The notes below the pieces were generated by a model. It was given only the letters and a program-made list of their open reading frames with translations. It did not search any database and was not told where the DNA came from. Shown one piece after another: positions 35,503-44,691 of a DNA stretch of 64,000 nucleotides. The stretch comes from Bryobacteraceae bacterium (GTDB lineage Bacteria; Acidobacteriota; Terriglobia; Bryobacterales; Bryobacteraceae), in contig JAICXC010000009.1 of assembly GCA_025980665.1 (NCBI GenBank), forward strand, positions 209 to 64,208. The letters run 5' to 3'. How positions within the stretch are numbered: position 1 is the first letter of the stretch; each line of letters begins with the position of its first letter. The position numbers were made by a program, and so were the translations under genes.

Positions 35503-36548
35503 GCAAGAATTATCGAGTAGCGATCGCGGGAGCCACCGGAGCCGTGGGAGTGGAATTCCTGCGCTGTCTGGAACAGCGGCGATTCCCACTTGCGAGCCTG
35601 CGTTTGCTGGCCTCGGCGCGATCTCGTGGCAAGAAGATGGCATTTGCCGGCCAGGAGATCGAAGTCGAAGAGCTCACCGAGCACAGCTTCAACGATATCG
35701 ACATCGCCTTCTTCAGCGCGGGTGGATCCATTTCGAAGAAGTTCGGACCTGTTGCTGCAAAGGCGGGCGCGGTGGTCGTTGATAATTCTTCGGCGTTTCG
35801 TATGGACCCAAGCGTGCCTCTGGTGATTCCGGAAGTCAATCCGAAGGCCATGTGTGTGCACCAGGGGATCATTGCGAATCCCAACTGCTCCACCATCATT
35901 GGTATCACGCCGCTGTGGCCTATCCACCAGGTCAATCCGATCCGGCGGTTGATCGCTGCGACTTATCAGGCAGCTTCAGGAGCTGGTGCAGCCGCTATGG
36001 AGGAACTGACCGAATCGACGCGCGCGTACCTGGAGAATCAACCGTATCAGAACACCGTGCTGCCGCATCCCTACGCGTTTAATTTGTTCAGCCACAATAC
36101 CAAGATCGATCCGGAGACCGGCTACAACGAGGAAGAAACCAAGATGGCGCGGGAGACGCAGAAGATCTTCGGCGATACGGAGATTCGCGTCAGCGCGACA
36201 TGCGTCCGCGTTCCCGTGCTCCGGGCGCATTCCGAGGCACTCACGATCGAGTGCGAGCGGCCCATCACTCCGCGGGAAGTAACAAATCTACTGTTGAACG
36301 CGCCCGGCGTCAAGATCGTGGATGATCCCGAGAAGAATTACTTCCCCATGCCTCGCGACGCTTCGGGGCAGGATGACATTCTGGTCGGCCGAATCCGGCA
36401 AGACACCAGCGACCCTTCCGGGAAATCGATTACCTTGTTCGTCGCGGGCGATCAGTTGCTCAAGGGCGCGGCGCTCAACGCCGTCCAGATCGCCGAAGTG
36501 CTCATTCAGCAGGGAGGCGTTCACGGGGCATCCGGAGTTATAGGATGA
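35499..36548 (+). CDS. asd: Aspartate-semialdehyde dehydrogenase
   Basis: MSKNYRVAIAGATGAVGVEFL, active site IANPNCSTI, and AASGAG. The ATG overlaps the M20 stop (ATGA). Confidence 0.9.
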   Translation: MSKNYRVAIAGATGAVGVEFLRCLEQRRFPLASLRLLASARSRGKKMAFAGQEIEVEELTEHSFNDIDIAFFSAGGSISKKFGPVAAKAGAVVVDNSSAFRMDPSVPLVIPEVNPKAMCVHQGIIANPNCSTIIGITPLWPIHQVNPIRRLIAATYQAASGAGAAAMEELTESTRAYLENQPYQNTVLPHPYAFNLFSHNTKIDPETGYNEEETKMARETQKIFGDTEIRVSATCVRVPVLRAHSEALTIECERPITPREVTNLLLNAPGVKIVDDPEKNYFPMPRDASGQDDILVGRIRQDTSDPSGKSITLFVAGDQLLKGAALNAVQIAEVLIQQGGVHGASGVIG

Positions 36549-37894
36549 TCGTCATGAAGTTCGGTGGGACTTCGGTTGAGTCCGCCGAAGCCATCGCCCG
36601 CGTGGCGGGCATCGTGCGAGCGCGGCTTAGCCGCAAGCCCGTTGTCGTCGTGTCGGCGATAGGTAAGACTACCAACAAGCTTCTGGCGATCGCCGCGGAC
36701 GCAGTGGCCGGCGAGCTGAAACCGGCGCTCGCCAAACTTGCTGAGCTGCGCGAGTTCCATCTGCGGGAATCGGCTGGTCTGGGCACGGACGATGTTATCG
36801 AGGCTCACTTTCAAGACTTAGACGCTCTGGTGCGCGGCCTGGCCGTGATGCGCGAGCTGACTCCGCGCGCCACCGACGCAATTTCCGCCTACGGAGAGCG
36901 TATCTCCAGCCTGATTGTCGCGGCGCATCTTCGCCGATGCGGCATGAACGCGGCTCATCTAGACTCGCGCAGCGTCATCGTCACCGATCGGCGTCACACC
37001 CAGGCCGCTCCACTTTTTGAGGAGACGAACCGGCGGCTTCGGGAAACCCTGGTTCCCATGTTAGACACCTCAGTCGTCGTCATGGGTGGCTTCATCGCAG
37101 CGAATGAAGACGGAGTCACGACAACGCTCGGTCGCGGGGGATCGGACTATACAGCCTCGATCGTCGGTGCCGGAATCGGTGCGGAAGAAATACAGATCTG
37201 GACCGACGTCGATGGCATGCTCACGGCCGATCCCACGGTTCTGCCCGGTGCATACCGAGTTAAGGTGTGTTCGTTCACCGAAGCAGCGGAACTGGCATAT
37301 TTCGGCGCGAAAGTGCTGCATCCTGCCACCGTTCTGCCGGCCATCGAAAAAAACGTCCCGGTGCACATTCTCAACTCGCGGCGGCCCGAAGTAGCGGGTA
37401 CGCTTATTGTTTCCGATCCGCCCCTGGGCTCCAGTCCCATCCGATCGATTGCCTGCAAGCGAAACATCACGCTGTTGAACATCGTCTCAACGCGAATGCT
37501 GATGGCCCATGGTTTCCTGCGCCGCATCTTCGAAGTGTTCGATCGCTATGAAACTTCCGTGGACATGCTCGCTACTTCTGAAGTTAGCGTCTCACTGACC
37601 ATCGATAACACTCGCTCGCTGGCCGCGATCCGTTCCGAGCTGGAGGCATTTGCCGACGTTTCCATTGAAGAGAATCTGGCGATTGTTTGCATGGTCGGTG
37701 AGAATATCCGTCACTGCGACAATGTCTCCGCGCGCGCCTTTACTGCACTCGATGGCATCCGGCCGCGCATGCTATCCCAAGGCGCGTCGCAGTTGAATTT
37801 GAGTATGGTAGTGGCCGCACCGGACTTGCAGCGCGCGGTAGAATCGCTCCACCGGGAGTTCTTTCGAACTCCCGACCCAACATCGTTTGAATAG
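36545..37894 (+). CDS. lysC: Aspartate kinase
   Basis: MKFGGTSV, VVVVSA.GKTTN, TLGRGGSDYTA, and C-terminal ACT domains. ATGA overlap with asd. Confidence 0.9.
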   Translation: MIVMKFGGTSVESAEAIARVAGIVRARLSRKPVVVVSAIGKTTNKLLAIAADAVAGELKPALAKLAELREFHLRESAGLGTDDVIEAHFQDLDALVRGLAVMRELTPRATDAISAYGERISSLIVAAHLRRCGMNAAHLDSRSVIVTDRRHTQAAPLFEETNRRLRETLVPMLDTSVVVMGGFIAANEDGVTTTLGRGGSDYTASIVGAGIGAEEIQIWTDVDGMLTADPTVLPGAYRVKVCSFTEAAELAYFGAKVLHPATVLPAIEKNVPVHILNSRRPEVAGTLIVSDPPLGSSPIRSIACKRNITLLNIVSTRMLMAHGFLRRIFEVFDRYETSVDMLATSEVSVSLTIDNTRSLAAIRSELEAFADVSIEENLAIVCMVGENIRHCDNVSARAFTALDGIRPRMLSQGASQLNLSMVVAAPDLQRAVESLHREFFRTPDPTSFE

Positions 37895-37903
37895 GAGACA
37901 GCT

Positions 37904-38566
37904 ACGAAACTTGCGATTGTAGGCTACGGGAAAATGGGCAAACTGATCGAGCAGCTTGCGCCCGAGTACGGCTTCATCGTTCATGCCCGCGTCGACGTTG
38001 GCTACAATCCCGATCTATTGAAGGGTTCCGATGTGGCGATAGAGTTCAGCACTCCGCCTGCCGCACTCGGCAATATAGAAACCTTGGCTGCGTTGGGCAT
38101 CCCGACGGTAGTTGGAACCACGGGTTGGCTGGAGCATATGGATCGGGTGCGAAACGCCGTCGCCAAGGGCGGAGCAGGGTTAGTCTGGGCGGCGAATTTC
38201 TCCATCGGAGTGAATGTGTTCCTGCGCGCCGTGCACGAGACCGCTCGACTATTGGCGAACGAGCCCGCCTATGGCTCTTGGGCGTGGGAAATTCACCACA
38301 GCACCAAGAAGGATGCACCCTCGGGAACGCTGCTGGCGTTAGTGGACGAGATGAAGGCCGCCGGATATCAACGTGTGATCGACACCAGCTCGAATCGCGC
38401 CGGGTCGCATCCCGGAACGCACGAGATCGGATTCGATTCAGCCGCTGACACGATCACCTTGCGTCATACTGCGCGCAGCCGCGAAGGATTCGCGCGCGGT
38501 GCCTTGAAAGCGGCACAATGGATCCCAGGCAAGAAGGGCGTGTTTGAGTTTAAGGAGATTTTATGA
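37904..38566 (+). CDS. dapB: 4-hydroxy-tetrahydrodipicolinate reductase, apparently starting at a non-canonical codon (ACG 37904 or ATT 37916)
   Basis: The Rossmann motif KLAIVGYGKMGK lies upstream of the first ATG/GTG/TTG (37934). AGGAG lies 6 nt before the ACG. The remainder is typical DapB (VVGTTGW, EIHHSTKKDAPSGT, SNRAGSHPGTHEIGF). Confidence 0.85.
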   Translation, partial: TKLAIVGYGKMGKLIEQLAPEYGFIVHARVDVGYNPDLLKGSDVAIEFSTPPAALGNIETLAALGIPTVVGTTGWLEHMDRVRNAVAKGGAGLVWAANFSIGVNVFLRAVHETARLLANEPAYGSWAWEIHHSTKKDAPSGTLLALVDEMKAAGYQRVIDTSSNRAGSHPGTHEIGFDSAADTITLRHTARSREGFARGALKAAQWIPGKKGVFEFKEIL

Positions 38567-39471
38567 CTACGTTTACCGGATGCGGCACCGCATTGGTGAC
38601 TCCGTTTCGTAAAGATCAATCGCTCGACGAAGAAACGTTGCGAGAGCTAATTCGGCGCCAGATCAAGGGTGGTATCGATTTTCTGGTTCCATGTGGCACG
38701 ACCGGCGAAAGTCCAACTCTTTCGCATGTCGAGCATCTGCGCGTGGTCCAGATCACGCTCGAGGAAGCCAAGGGAAAAGTTCCGGTGTTGGCCGGCGCGG
38801 GCGGATACAACACGGCTGAGGTGATCGGGCTCGCCAAGGAGCTGAGCCGCATGGGCGCCGACGGTATCCTGTCCGTCACGCCGTATTACAACAAGCCCAC
38901 GCAGGAAGGGCTGGTACAGCATTTCAAGGCAATCGCGAAAGCTGTTGCCCTGCCCATTGTGGTCTATAGCATCCAAGGGCGCACCGGAGTCAACGTCGAG
39001 CCTGCGACTCTCAGGCGTCTTGCAGAAATCGACAATATCGTTGGCGTCAAGGAAGCTTCGGGAAATATAGGACAGATGGCCACTGTGATCGATTATGTTC
39101 CTGAACGGTTTGCGGTATTTAGTGGTGACGACGCCATCACAATCCCGCTGATCGCGTTGGGCGGACGAGGAGTGATTTCGGTCGTGGCGAACGAAATTCC
39201 GGCCGAATTCAGCAAGCTGACGAAGCTTGCTTTGGCGGGCGATTTCGCCGGCGCTCGCGCCATCCAGCGGCAATGGTTCGCACTGATGGAAGTGAATTTC
39301 TGCGAGGTGAATCCGGGGCCGGTGAAAGCCGCGATGGGCATGATGGGATTGCTGGAGCCTGTTTTCCGCCTCCCCATGGTCCCCCCGGCGGCGGCAAGCA
39401 CCGCGAAAATAGAGGCGGTGTTGAAGTCGACTGGTCTCCTCGCTACCTCCCGGAGTTCGCATGCGGACTGA
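38563..39471 (+). CDS. dapA: 4-hydroxy-tetrahydrodipicolinate synthase
   Basis: TALVTPF, LVPCGTTGES, TPYYNKPTQEG, and IVGVKEASGN with the catalytic Lys context. Confidence 0.9.
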   Translation: MTTFTGCGTALVTPFRKDQSLDEETLRELIRRQIKGGIDFLVPCGTTGESPTLSHVEHLRVVQITLEEAKGKVPVLAGAGGYNTAEVIGLAKELSRMGADGILSVTPYYNKPTQEGLVQHFKAIAKAVALPIVVYSIQGRTGVNVEPATLRRLAEIDNIVGVKEASGNIGQMATVIDYVPERFAVFSGDDAITIPLIALGGRGVISVVANEIPAEFSKLTKLALAGDFAGARAIQRQWFALMEVNFCEVNPGPVKAAMGMMGLLEPVFRLPMVPPAAASTAKIEAVLKSTGLLATSRSSHAD

Positions 39472-40297
39472 AATCGAAGATCTCTTCGATCATCCGCCGG
39501 CCGCTTATCACGAAGATCATTTCATGCTGTTCGCGCGTCTCAAGGAGGCGCTGAACACGGGTGCGGTCCGTGCAGCCGAACCGGACGCATCTTCGACCAC
39601 CGGCTGGCGTGTGAACCCATGGGTTAAAAAGGGGATCTTGTTAGGATTCCGCATCGGTGGCATCGTCGACATGTCGGTGGATGCGACTCGCCAACCATTT
39701 TTCGACAAAGCCACCTGGCCCGTGAAGCGGTTCACGGTCTCTAGCGGCGTTCGCATTGTACCGGGCGGCTCCAGCATACGTGATGGGTGCTTCATCGGCA
39801 AGAGTGTGACGTGCATGCCTCCGATGTATATAAACGCAGGTGCCTGGGTGGGCGACGGAACTATGGTCGATTCGCACGCGCTCGTCGGAAGCTGCGCGCA
39901 GGTTGGAAAGAACTGCCACATTTCCGCCGCGGCCCAAATCGGTGGAGTGCTGGAACCCGTCGGCGCACTCCCTGTGATTATCGAAGACGAGGTTTTGGTT
40001 GGTGGGAATTGTGGCGTCTATGAAGGCACGGTAGTCAAGCGCCGCGCGGTGCTGGGTAGCGGCGTGATCCTCACGCGGTCGACTCCCGTGTATGACGTCG
40101 CGCGCGGCGTGGTTCTTTCGGCTCAAGATGGCGAGCCTCTGGTAATTCCCGAAGGTGCCGTCGTGGTGGCTGGCTCGCGCGCCATCACCAGTGGCAAGGG
40201 CAAGGAGTGGGGAGTATCGTTGTACACGCCGGTGATCGTAAAATACCGGGATGAAAAAACCGATGCGCGCGTCCAACTGGAGGAACTGCTTCGATGA
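39461..40297 (+). CDS. dapD: Tetrahydrodipicolinate N-succinyltransferase
   Basis: N-terminal helical domain, then hexapeptide-repeat left-handed beta-helix segments (GAWVGDGTMVDSHALVGSCAQVGKNCHISAAAQIGGVLEP). Confidence 0.9.
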   Translation: MRTEIEDLFDHPPAAYHEDHFMLFARLKEALNTGAVRAAEPDASSTTGWRVNPWVKKGILLGFRIGGIVDMSVDATRQPFFDKATWPVKRFTVSSGVRIVPGGSSIRDGCFIGKSVTCMPPMYINAGAWVGDGTMVDSHALVGSCAQVGKNCHISAAAQIGGVLEPVGALPVIIEDEVLVGGNCGVYEGTVVKRRAVLGSGVILTRSTPVYDVARGVVLSAQDGEPLVIPEGAVVVAGSRAITSGKGKEWGVSLYTPVIVKYRDEKTDARVQLEELLR

Positions 40298-40824
40298 AAA
40301 CCATTGCCTTCGTTCTTTTTGCAGTCCTAGCGCTGGGAGCCGATCCTGAGCTCAACAAGGACGGGGAACTGGTGCGCCCCAAGAACTATCGAGAATGGAT
40401 CTTTTTGAGTTCAGGCGTCGGCATGAGCTATGGTGCCGGTAACGATCCATTCACCAACGTCTTCGTCGAGCCGTCGGCCTATCGCAAATTTGTCGAAACT
40501 GGGAAATGGCCGGAGAAATCCATCTTCGCTCTCGAGCTTCGAAAACCTGCGACGGAAGGCTCCATCAATAAGGGTGGCCAGTATCAGACTGATTTCATCG
40601 CCGTCGAGTTCTCAGTTAAGGATACTCCGCGTTTTCCAGATGGCTGGGGATATTTCGGATTTAACGGTTCTGCGGCTACGGCCAAGGTAATCGGCACTTC
40701 GGGTGGTTGCAACGCGTGCCATAGCAAGAACGCCGCGGTCGAGCATACCTTCGTGCAGTTCTATCCGACGCTACTTGAAATCGCGATCGCGAAGAAGACC
40801 TTGAATCCGTCTTACAAGCCTTAG
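40294..40824 (+). CDS. Cytochrome P460-family haem protein (secreted, single CxxCH)
   Basis: Signal peptide MKTIAFVLFAVLALGA. NKDGELVRPKNYREW, SVKDTPRF and GGCNACHSKNAAVEHTFVQFYPTL parallel Nitrosomonas cytochrome P460 as I recall it. ATGA overlap with dapD. Confidence 0.8.
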   Translation: MKTIAFVLFAVLALGADPELNKDGELVRPKNYREWIFLSSGVGMSYGAGNDPFTNVFVEPSAYRKFVETGKWPEKSIFALELRKPATEGSINKGGQYQTDFIAVEFSVKDTPRFPDGWGYFGFNGSAATAKVIGTSGGCNACHSKNAAVEHTFVQFYPTLLEIAIAKKTLNPSYKP

Positions 40825-41915
40825 ATGTCGCACAGAACCTTGAGTGTTTGCGCCGCGCTGCGTTCCCACGTAAACGGCTGAGCACGGTCGCGACGCTCCT
40901 GAGTCATGCGTTCCTGCAACTGCCTATCGCTCATCACTCTCTCGAGGCCAGCTTCGATCGCATCCTCGTTCAGCGGATCGAAATATAGCGCCGTATCGCC
41001 CGCCACTTCGCGTAGGGGCGGGATGTCCGAGCACGCCACTGGAATCCCGGCCGCCAGGGCCTCTAGCACCGGCATCCCGAATCCTTCGAACGTGGACGGA
41101 TAAACAAACGCTCTCGCGCGCGCGTAAAGTGAGTAGAGTTTCTCGCGAGGCACCCATCCGGTGATCCGCACGGATTCTTGTAGGTGCAGTTCTTCAATCA
41201 AGCGCTCGATCGCTTGCGCGTGGAAACCACGCAAACCTGTCAGAATTAGCTGGAAATCACGCTTCTTGCGTCCATAGGCCCGGATAAGGCGGGGCAGATT
41301 CTTGTGTGGATGGAGCGTCGAGACGCATAGTAAATACGACTCTGTATGCGATCTGTCCAATTGTGCGAATGCCGGTCCGACGCCGTGGTGGATCACCGCG
41401 ATCCGGTCCTTCCGGATACTGTAGAAGCGCAGCAGATCTGACCGGGTCGCTTCTGATACTGCGATCAACCTGCGCGAGCGGTGCGCCGCCGCCCATAACA
41501 TCAATCGCCAAAAGGGCAGGTCGAACCAACGAAAATACTCGGGATGGCGTTTGTGCTGAAGATCATGGAATACGGTCACCTGCCGGCAAGGCGAGAATAG
41601 CGGCGCGGTGAATCCGGGATTGAACAGAACGTCCAGGCCATAGCGAGCCGCTTCAAACGGCAGCACGATTTGCTCCCACAAGATCCGTGCGGGACGAAAT
41701 CGCGCATGGACGGCTTGCGGCTTCCAGTGAAAATTAGCCTGCTTGGGAACCAGGTCAGATTGTGTCTCGAGGTTCGTAAAGACCAGATACTCGTTGGTCT
41801 GGTCGAGTTCAGCCAATGCGGCAAGAAGCTCGCGCAAATAAATCTCAGTGCCGCCGACGCCGCCGGGAATCAGGTACAGAGCGTTGATCCCAATGCGGAC
41901 TCCGATTCGTGCCAT
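40821..41915 (-). CDS. Glycosyltransferase family 4 (GT-B)
   Basis: C-terminal GT1/GT4 motif FVYPSTFEGFGMPVLEALAAGIPV. Confidence 0.8.
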   Translation of the reverse strand: MARIGVRIGINALYLIPGGVGGTEIYLRELLAALAELDQTNEYLVFTNLETQSDLVPKQANFHWKPQAVHARFRPARILWEQIVLPFEAARYGLDVLFNPGFTAPLFSPCRQVTVFHDLQHKRHPEYFRWFDLPFWRLMLWAAAHRSRRLIAVSEATRSDLLRFYSIRKDRIAVIHHGVGPAFAQLDRSHTESYLLCVSTLHPHKNLPRLIRAYGRKKRDFQLILTGLRGFHAQAIERLIEELHLQESVRITGWVPREKLYSLYARARAFVYPSTFEGFGMPVLEALAAGIPVACSDIPPLREVAGDTALYFDPLNEDAIEAGLERVMSDRQLQERMTQERRDRAQPFTWERSAAQTLKVLCDI

Positions 41916-41919
41916 GCCG

Positions 41920-43623
41920 CTACCGGCTCACCTGGCTTAGGGCATCCCGAGCGTCGGCATTATGGGGGTTGATTGCCAGTGCCCGCCGGTATTGCTCTGC
42001 TGCGGCCGCATTGTCTCCGGTGGCCTGGTAGATCTTGCCTCGATAGACATAAATCATCTCGAAGTTCGGATCCATCGCCTCACCTTGAGCCAGCGCCGCG
42101 AGGGCCTCTTCAAATTTGTTATGTTTCGCATACACCATGCCGATTTGCGACTGGACGTGCGCGCTCGGTTGCAGCGTGGCGGACTGCTGAAGCCTTACCA
42201 GAGCATCCTGCCAGTCGCCGGCACAGTCCAGCGCCAATCCCCAGTCGAGCAATAGATCGAAAGAGGGTTGTTCCAGGCGCGAAGCCGCCTCGAAGCTTTG
42301 TGCCGCGTCCTGGCAGTTTCCGGATTCATATTGCGCCGAGGCGAGCTGGAAATGCGGACGCCATTTGCGCGGAGATTTGTTCGACGCGTCCTGCCATAGA
42401 GCGACGGGATTGGCCCACACCTCGCTGCGCCGATAGGTCAGTACGGAACATATCGCCAGGATAATGGCGCCAGTCCAGGCCATCTGAGACATCTTCAAGC
42501 GCCGCAGGAATTCAAGGCACACCAGCGCTAGGCCCAGGAAAGGCAGATACATACGCCGCTCCGCCGATACGTCAATGATCGGAACGAACGATGAAGTGGG
42601 TGCAATCAGCAGCAGAAACATGAATACGCCGAATGCCGCCAGCGGCCAGCGCTTGCGGTATATCCAAGCCGCCGCGATCACAGCCACCAGTGCAGCGAGC
42701 CCGAAGATTGCTCCGTGATCCAGCAGGCTGTGCGACACCGCGATCTCCGGATCCACGTTCTGTCCGAAGGGCAGGAAGAACAATCGAACGTACATCCAGA
42801 TCACGCGGCACTGGGTGAAAAAGTAATTCGCCGGACTGAATGCTGTCACGCTGAATCCAGCCGTCGGAGCACCTTTCAATTCGAGCCAGACGTAAAAGCC
42901 GGCTCCGGCCCCGGCCAGCGTCAACATCGCGTAAAGCAGCCCGTTCTTGCGGATTCCACCCAGCCCCCAGTAGTAATCGGTCAGTAGCAGCAGCGCTGCG
43001 AGAGTCAGCGTGTGCTCCTTCGTGCTGATGGCACCGGCGAACAGAACCAGCACTGCGGCCGCTCTGAGAATCGTTATCGATTCGGTGCGCCGGTACAGGA
43101 AGACCGCGAACGCCGAAAAATACAACAGTACGCTCAATACTTCTGAACGGCTTGCGACATACGCTACCGATTCTGTCTGCAGCGGATGCAGCAGGAAAAG
43201 CCCTCCCGCGATGGCGCTCAGGATCGTCCGAGCCCGCCCGGTGGTCCCGCTAAGATCTAATAGGCGTGCCGCGACGAGCGCAATCACCAGCGATCCGAGG
43301 AAATGCAGAAACACGTTGGTCAAGTGGTACGCTTCCGGATCGACCGCAATCGATTGGAAATGGAAATTCAGCCAGTAACTGAAATACAAAAGCGGCCGCG
43401 TGCCTGTTATCCAAGTCCGGAAGGTCATTTGCGCCGCATTGGGGTCCATGAATGGCAGATAGCGATCGTCCAAGACGAACGCCCCGCTCAGCGCGGGACC
43501 ATATACTTCGAGGACCAGAATCATCCCTGCGAGGGCAGCCGCCCATGGCCACCACACGCGCTTCGGTTTAAGCGTGTCAACGGAGGCTATTTTTTCAGCG
43601 CGCTGGCGTTTGGATTTTTTCAT
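41920..43623 (-). CDS. Polytopic membrane protein with C-terminal TPR repeats (PMT/TMTC-like glycosyltransferase-fold candidate)
   Basis: About 10 hydrophobic helices in the first ~400 aa, then TPR-like repeats (..AQSFEAASRLEQ.., ..ALVRLQQSATLQP.., ..AAAEQYRRALAINPHNADA..). Confidence 0.65.
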   Translation of the reverse strand: MKKSKRQRAEKIASVDTLKPKRVWWPWAAALAGMILVLEVYGPALSGAFVLDDRYLPFMDPNAAQMTFRTWITGTRPLLYFSYWLNFHFQSIAVDPEAYHLTNVFLHFLGSLVIALVAARLLDLSGTTGRARTILSAIAGGLFLLHPLQTESVAYVASRSEVLSVLLYFSAFAVFLYRRTESITILRAAAVLVLFAGAISTKEHTLTLAALLLLTDYYWGLGGIRKNGLLYAMLTLAGAGAGFYVWLELKGAPTAGFSVTAFSPANYFFTQCRVIWMYVRLFFLPFGQNVDPEIAVSHSLLDHGAIFGLAALVAVIAAAWIYRKRWPLAAFGVFMFLLLIAPTSSFVPIIDVSAERRMYLPFLGLALVCLEFLRRLKMSQMAWTGAIILAICSVLTYRRSEVWANPVALWQDASNKSPRKWRPHFQLASAQYESGNCQDAAQSFEAASRLEQPSFDLLLDWGLALDCAGDWQDALVRLQQSATLQPSAHVQSQIGMVYAKHNKFEEALAALAQGEAMDPNFEMIYVYRGKIYQATGDNAAAAEQYRRALAINPHNADARDALSQVSR

Positions 43624-43960
43624 TCAAAGCTTTCAGCTTAAATTCCAGAATCGCAACTTGTTGCGCCAAGGTGATGCTGGAGTCATTGAGCCCCGAAATC
43701 CGGAGGGACAACCGATACAGCACTATTAGAAATGCCGCGCCAGCAAAGATAGCTAGGGCGATGAAACTATCCGAGATCCCGAGCGCCATGGCAATCCGGT
43801 CGTCTAGCGTCCGCCAGAGCGCCAAGACCAGCAGCACGGCGCCGGCCAGCAGCCAGCTCACTGAATATTCGACACGAATATGAGCGCGCCGGACCGAACT
43901 CAACACCCACACGATCAGCACAAGGCTGAACACGGCGACCATGTCAAAAAGCCGATCCAT
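43595..43960 (-). CDS. DUF2304-like small membrane protein
   Basis: Three to four TM helices plus a C-terminal amphipathic helix. Sits directly downstream of a GT2, the usual DUF2304 context. Confidence 0.55.
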   Translation of the reverse strand: MDRLFDMVAVFSLVLIVWVLSSVRRAHIRVEYSVSWLLAGAVLLVLALWRTLDDRIAMALGISDSFIALAIFAGAAFLIVLYRLSLRISGLNDSSITLAQQVAILEFKLKALNEKIQTPAR

Positions 43961-43963
43961 ATT

Positions 43964-44686
43964 CTATTTTCTCCGTGCTTCAAATTTCAGAACGTTCACG
44001 AACACTCCCAGCAGCACATGGATGATGTAGTAGAGCGATTTCACCGCCGTAATGGTGCTGCGGCCCGAGCGGCGCGGACGGAACCGGCAGGGCACTTCCA
44101 CGAATCGGAATCGTTTGCGCTGGAGCACCACCAAAGCTTCGATTTCGGGATATTCCAGAGGGAACGTCGCGGAGAAGAGCTCCAATGCGGTGCGATTGAC
44201 CCCCACGTATCCGGAAGTTGGATCGCGCACGGGTCTTCCCAGGATCGGACGAAGAACCGCGCGAAAGAAGATGATACCGGCAGCCCGCAAAATATTGGTG
44301 TGCTCTCCATTGTCGTCGACGAAACGGGATCCGATCACCATTTCGCAATCGCCCTTTTCCAGCGCGGCGAGGACAGTCGGAATATCGCGAGGATCGTGCT
44401 GTCCATCTCCGTCGACGCGAATCACGTAGTCGTAGCCCAGTTCGTAAGCCAGGCGATATCCGGCTTGTACACAACCGCCCAAGCCAAGGTGATGCGGCAG
44501 GGCCAGCACCTGAGCGCCGGCGGCCTCGGCGCGGCTGCGCGTGGCATCCAGAGAACAATCGTCCACAACTAAGATCGGCGTCTTAGGCACGGCCGAGCGA
44601 ACTTCTTCCACCACACCCCCCACTGCACCCTCTTCGTTGAACGCCGGAATCAGGACCAGAAGGCGCCGTGCCGCGGGGGGTGCCAT
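43964..44686 (-). CDS. Glycosyltransferase family 2 (polyprenyl-phosphate sugar synthase-like)
   Basis: VLIPAFNEEGAVGGVV, VVDDCSLDAT, and IRVDGDGQHDP (DxD). ATG at 44686, after the upstream stop at 44692. Confidence 0.8.
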   Translation of the reverse strand: MAPPAARRLLVLIPAFNEEGAVGGVVEEVRSAVPKTPILVVDDCSLDATRSRAEAAGAQVLALPHHLGLGGCVQAGYRLAYELGYDYVIRVDGDGQHDPRDIPTVLAALEKGDCEMVIGSRFVDDNGEHTNILRAAGIIFFRAVLRPILGRPVRDPTSGYVGVNRTALELFSATFPLEYPEIEALVVLQRKRFRFVEVPCRFRPRRSGRSTITAVKSLYYIIHVLLGVFVNVLKFEARRK

Positions 44687-44691
44687 GCTGC

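Noticed and set aside
6182-37894. There are three in-frame TAG codons with coding-looking sequence on both sides: 6182 in the baeRF-like gene, 23389 in the SIS gene, and 37892 between lysC and dapB. This raised the idea of TAG reassignment or pyrrolysine-type recoding.
   Set aside because: TAG clearly terminates well-defined genes in the same window: YceI at 19575-77, hspR at 54955-57, the cytochrome c remnant at 22834-36, and accD. The two internal cases sit in genes that also carry frameshifts. No pyl genes were seen. Decay or point mutation is the simpler explanation.
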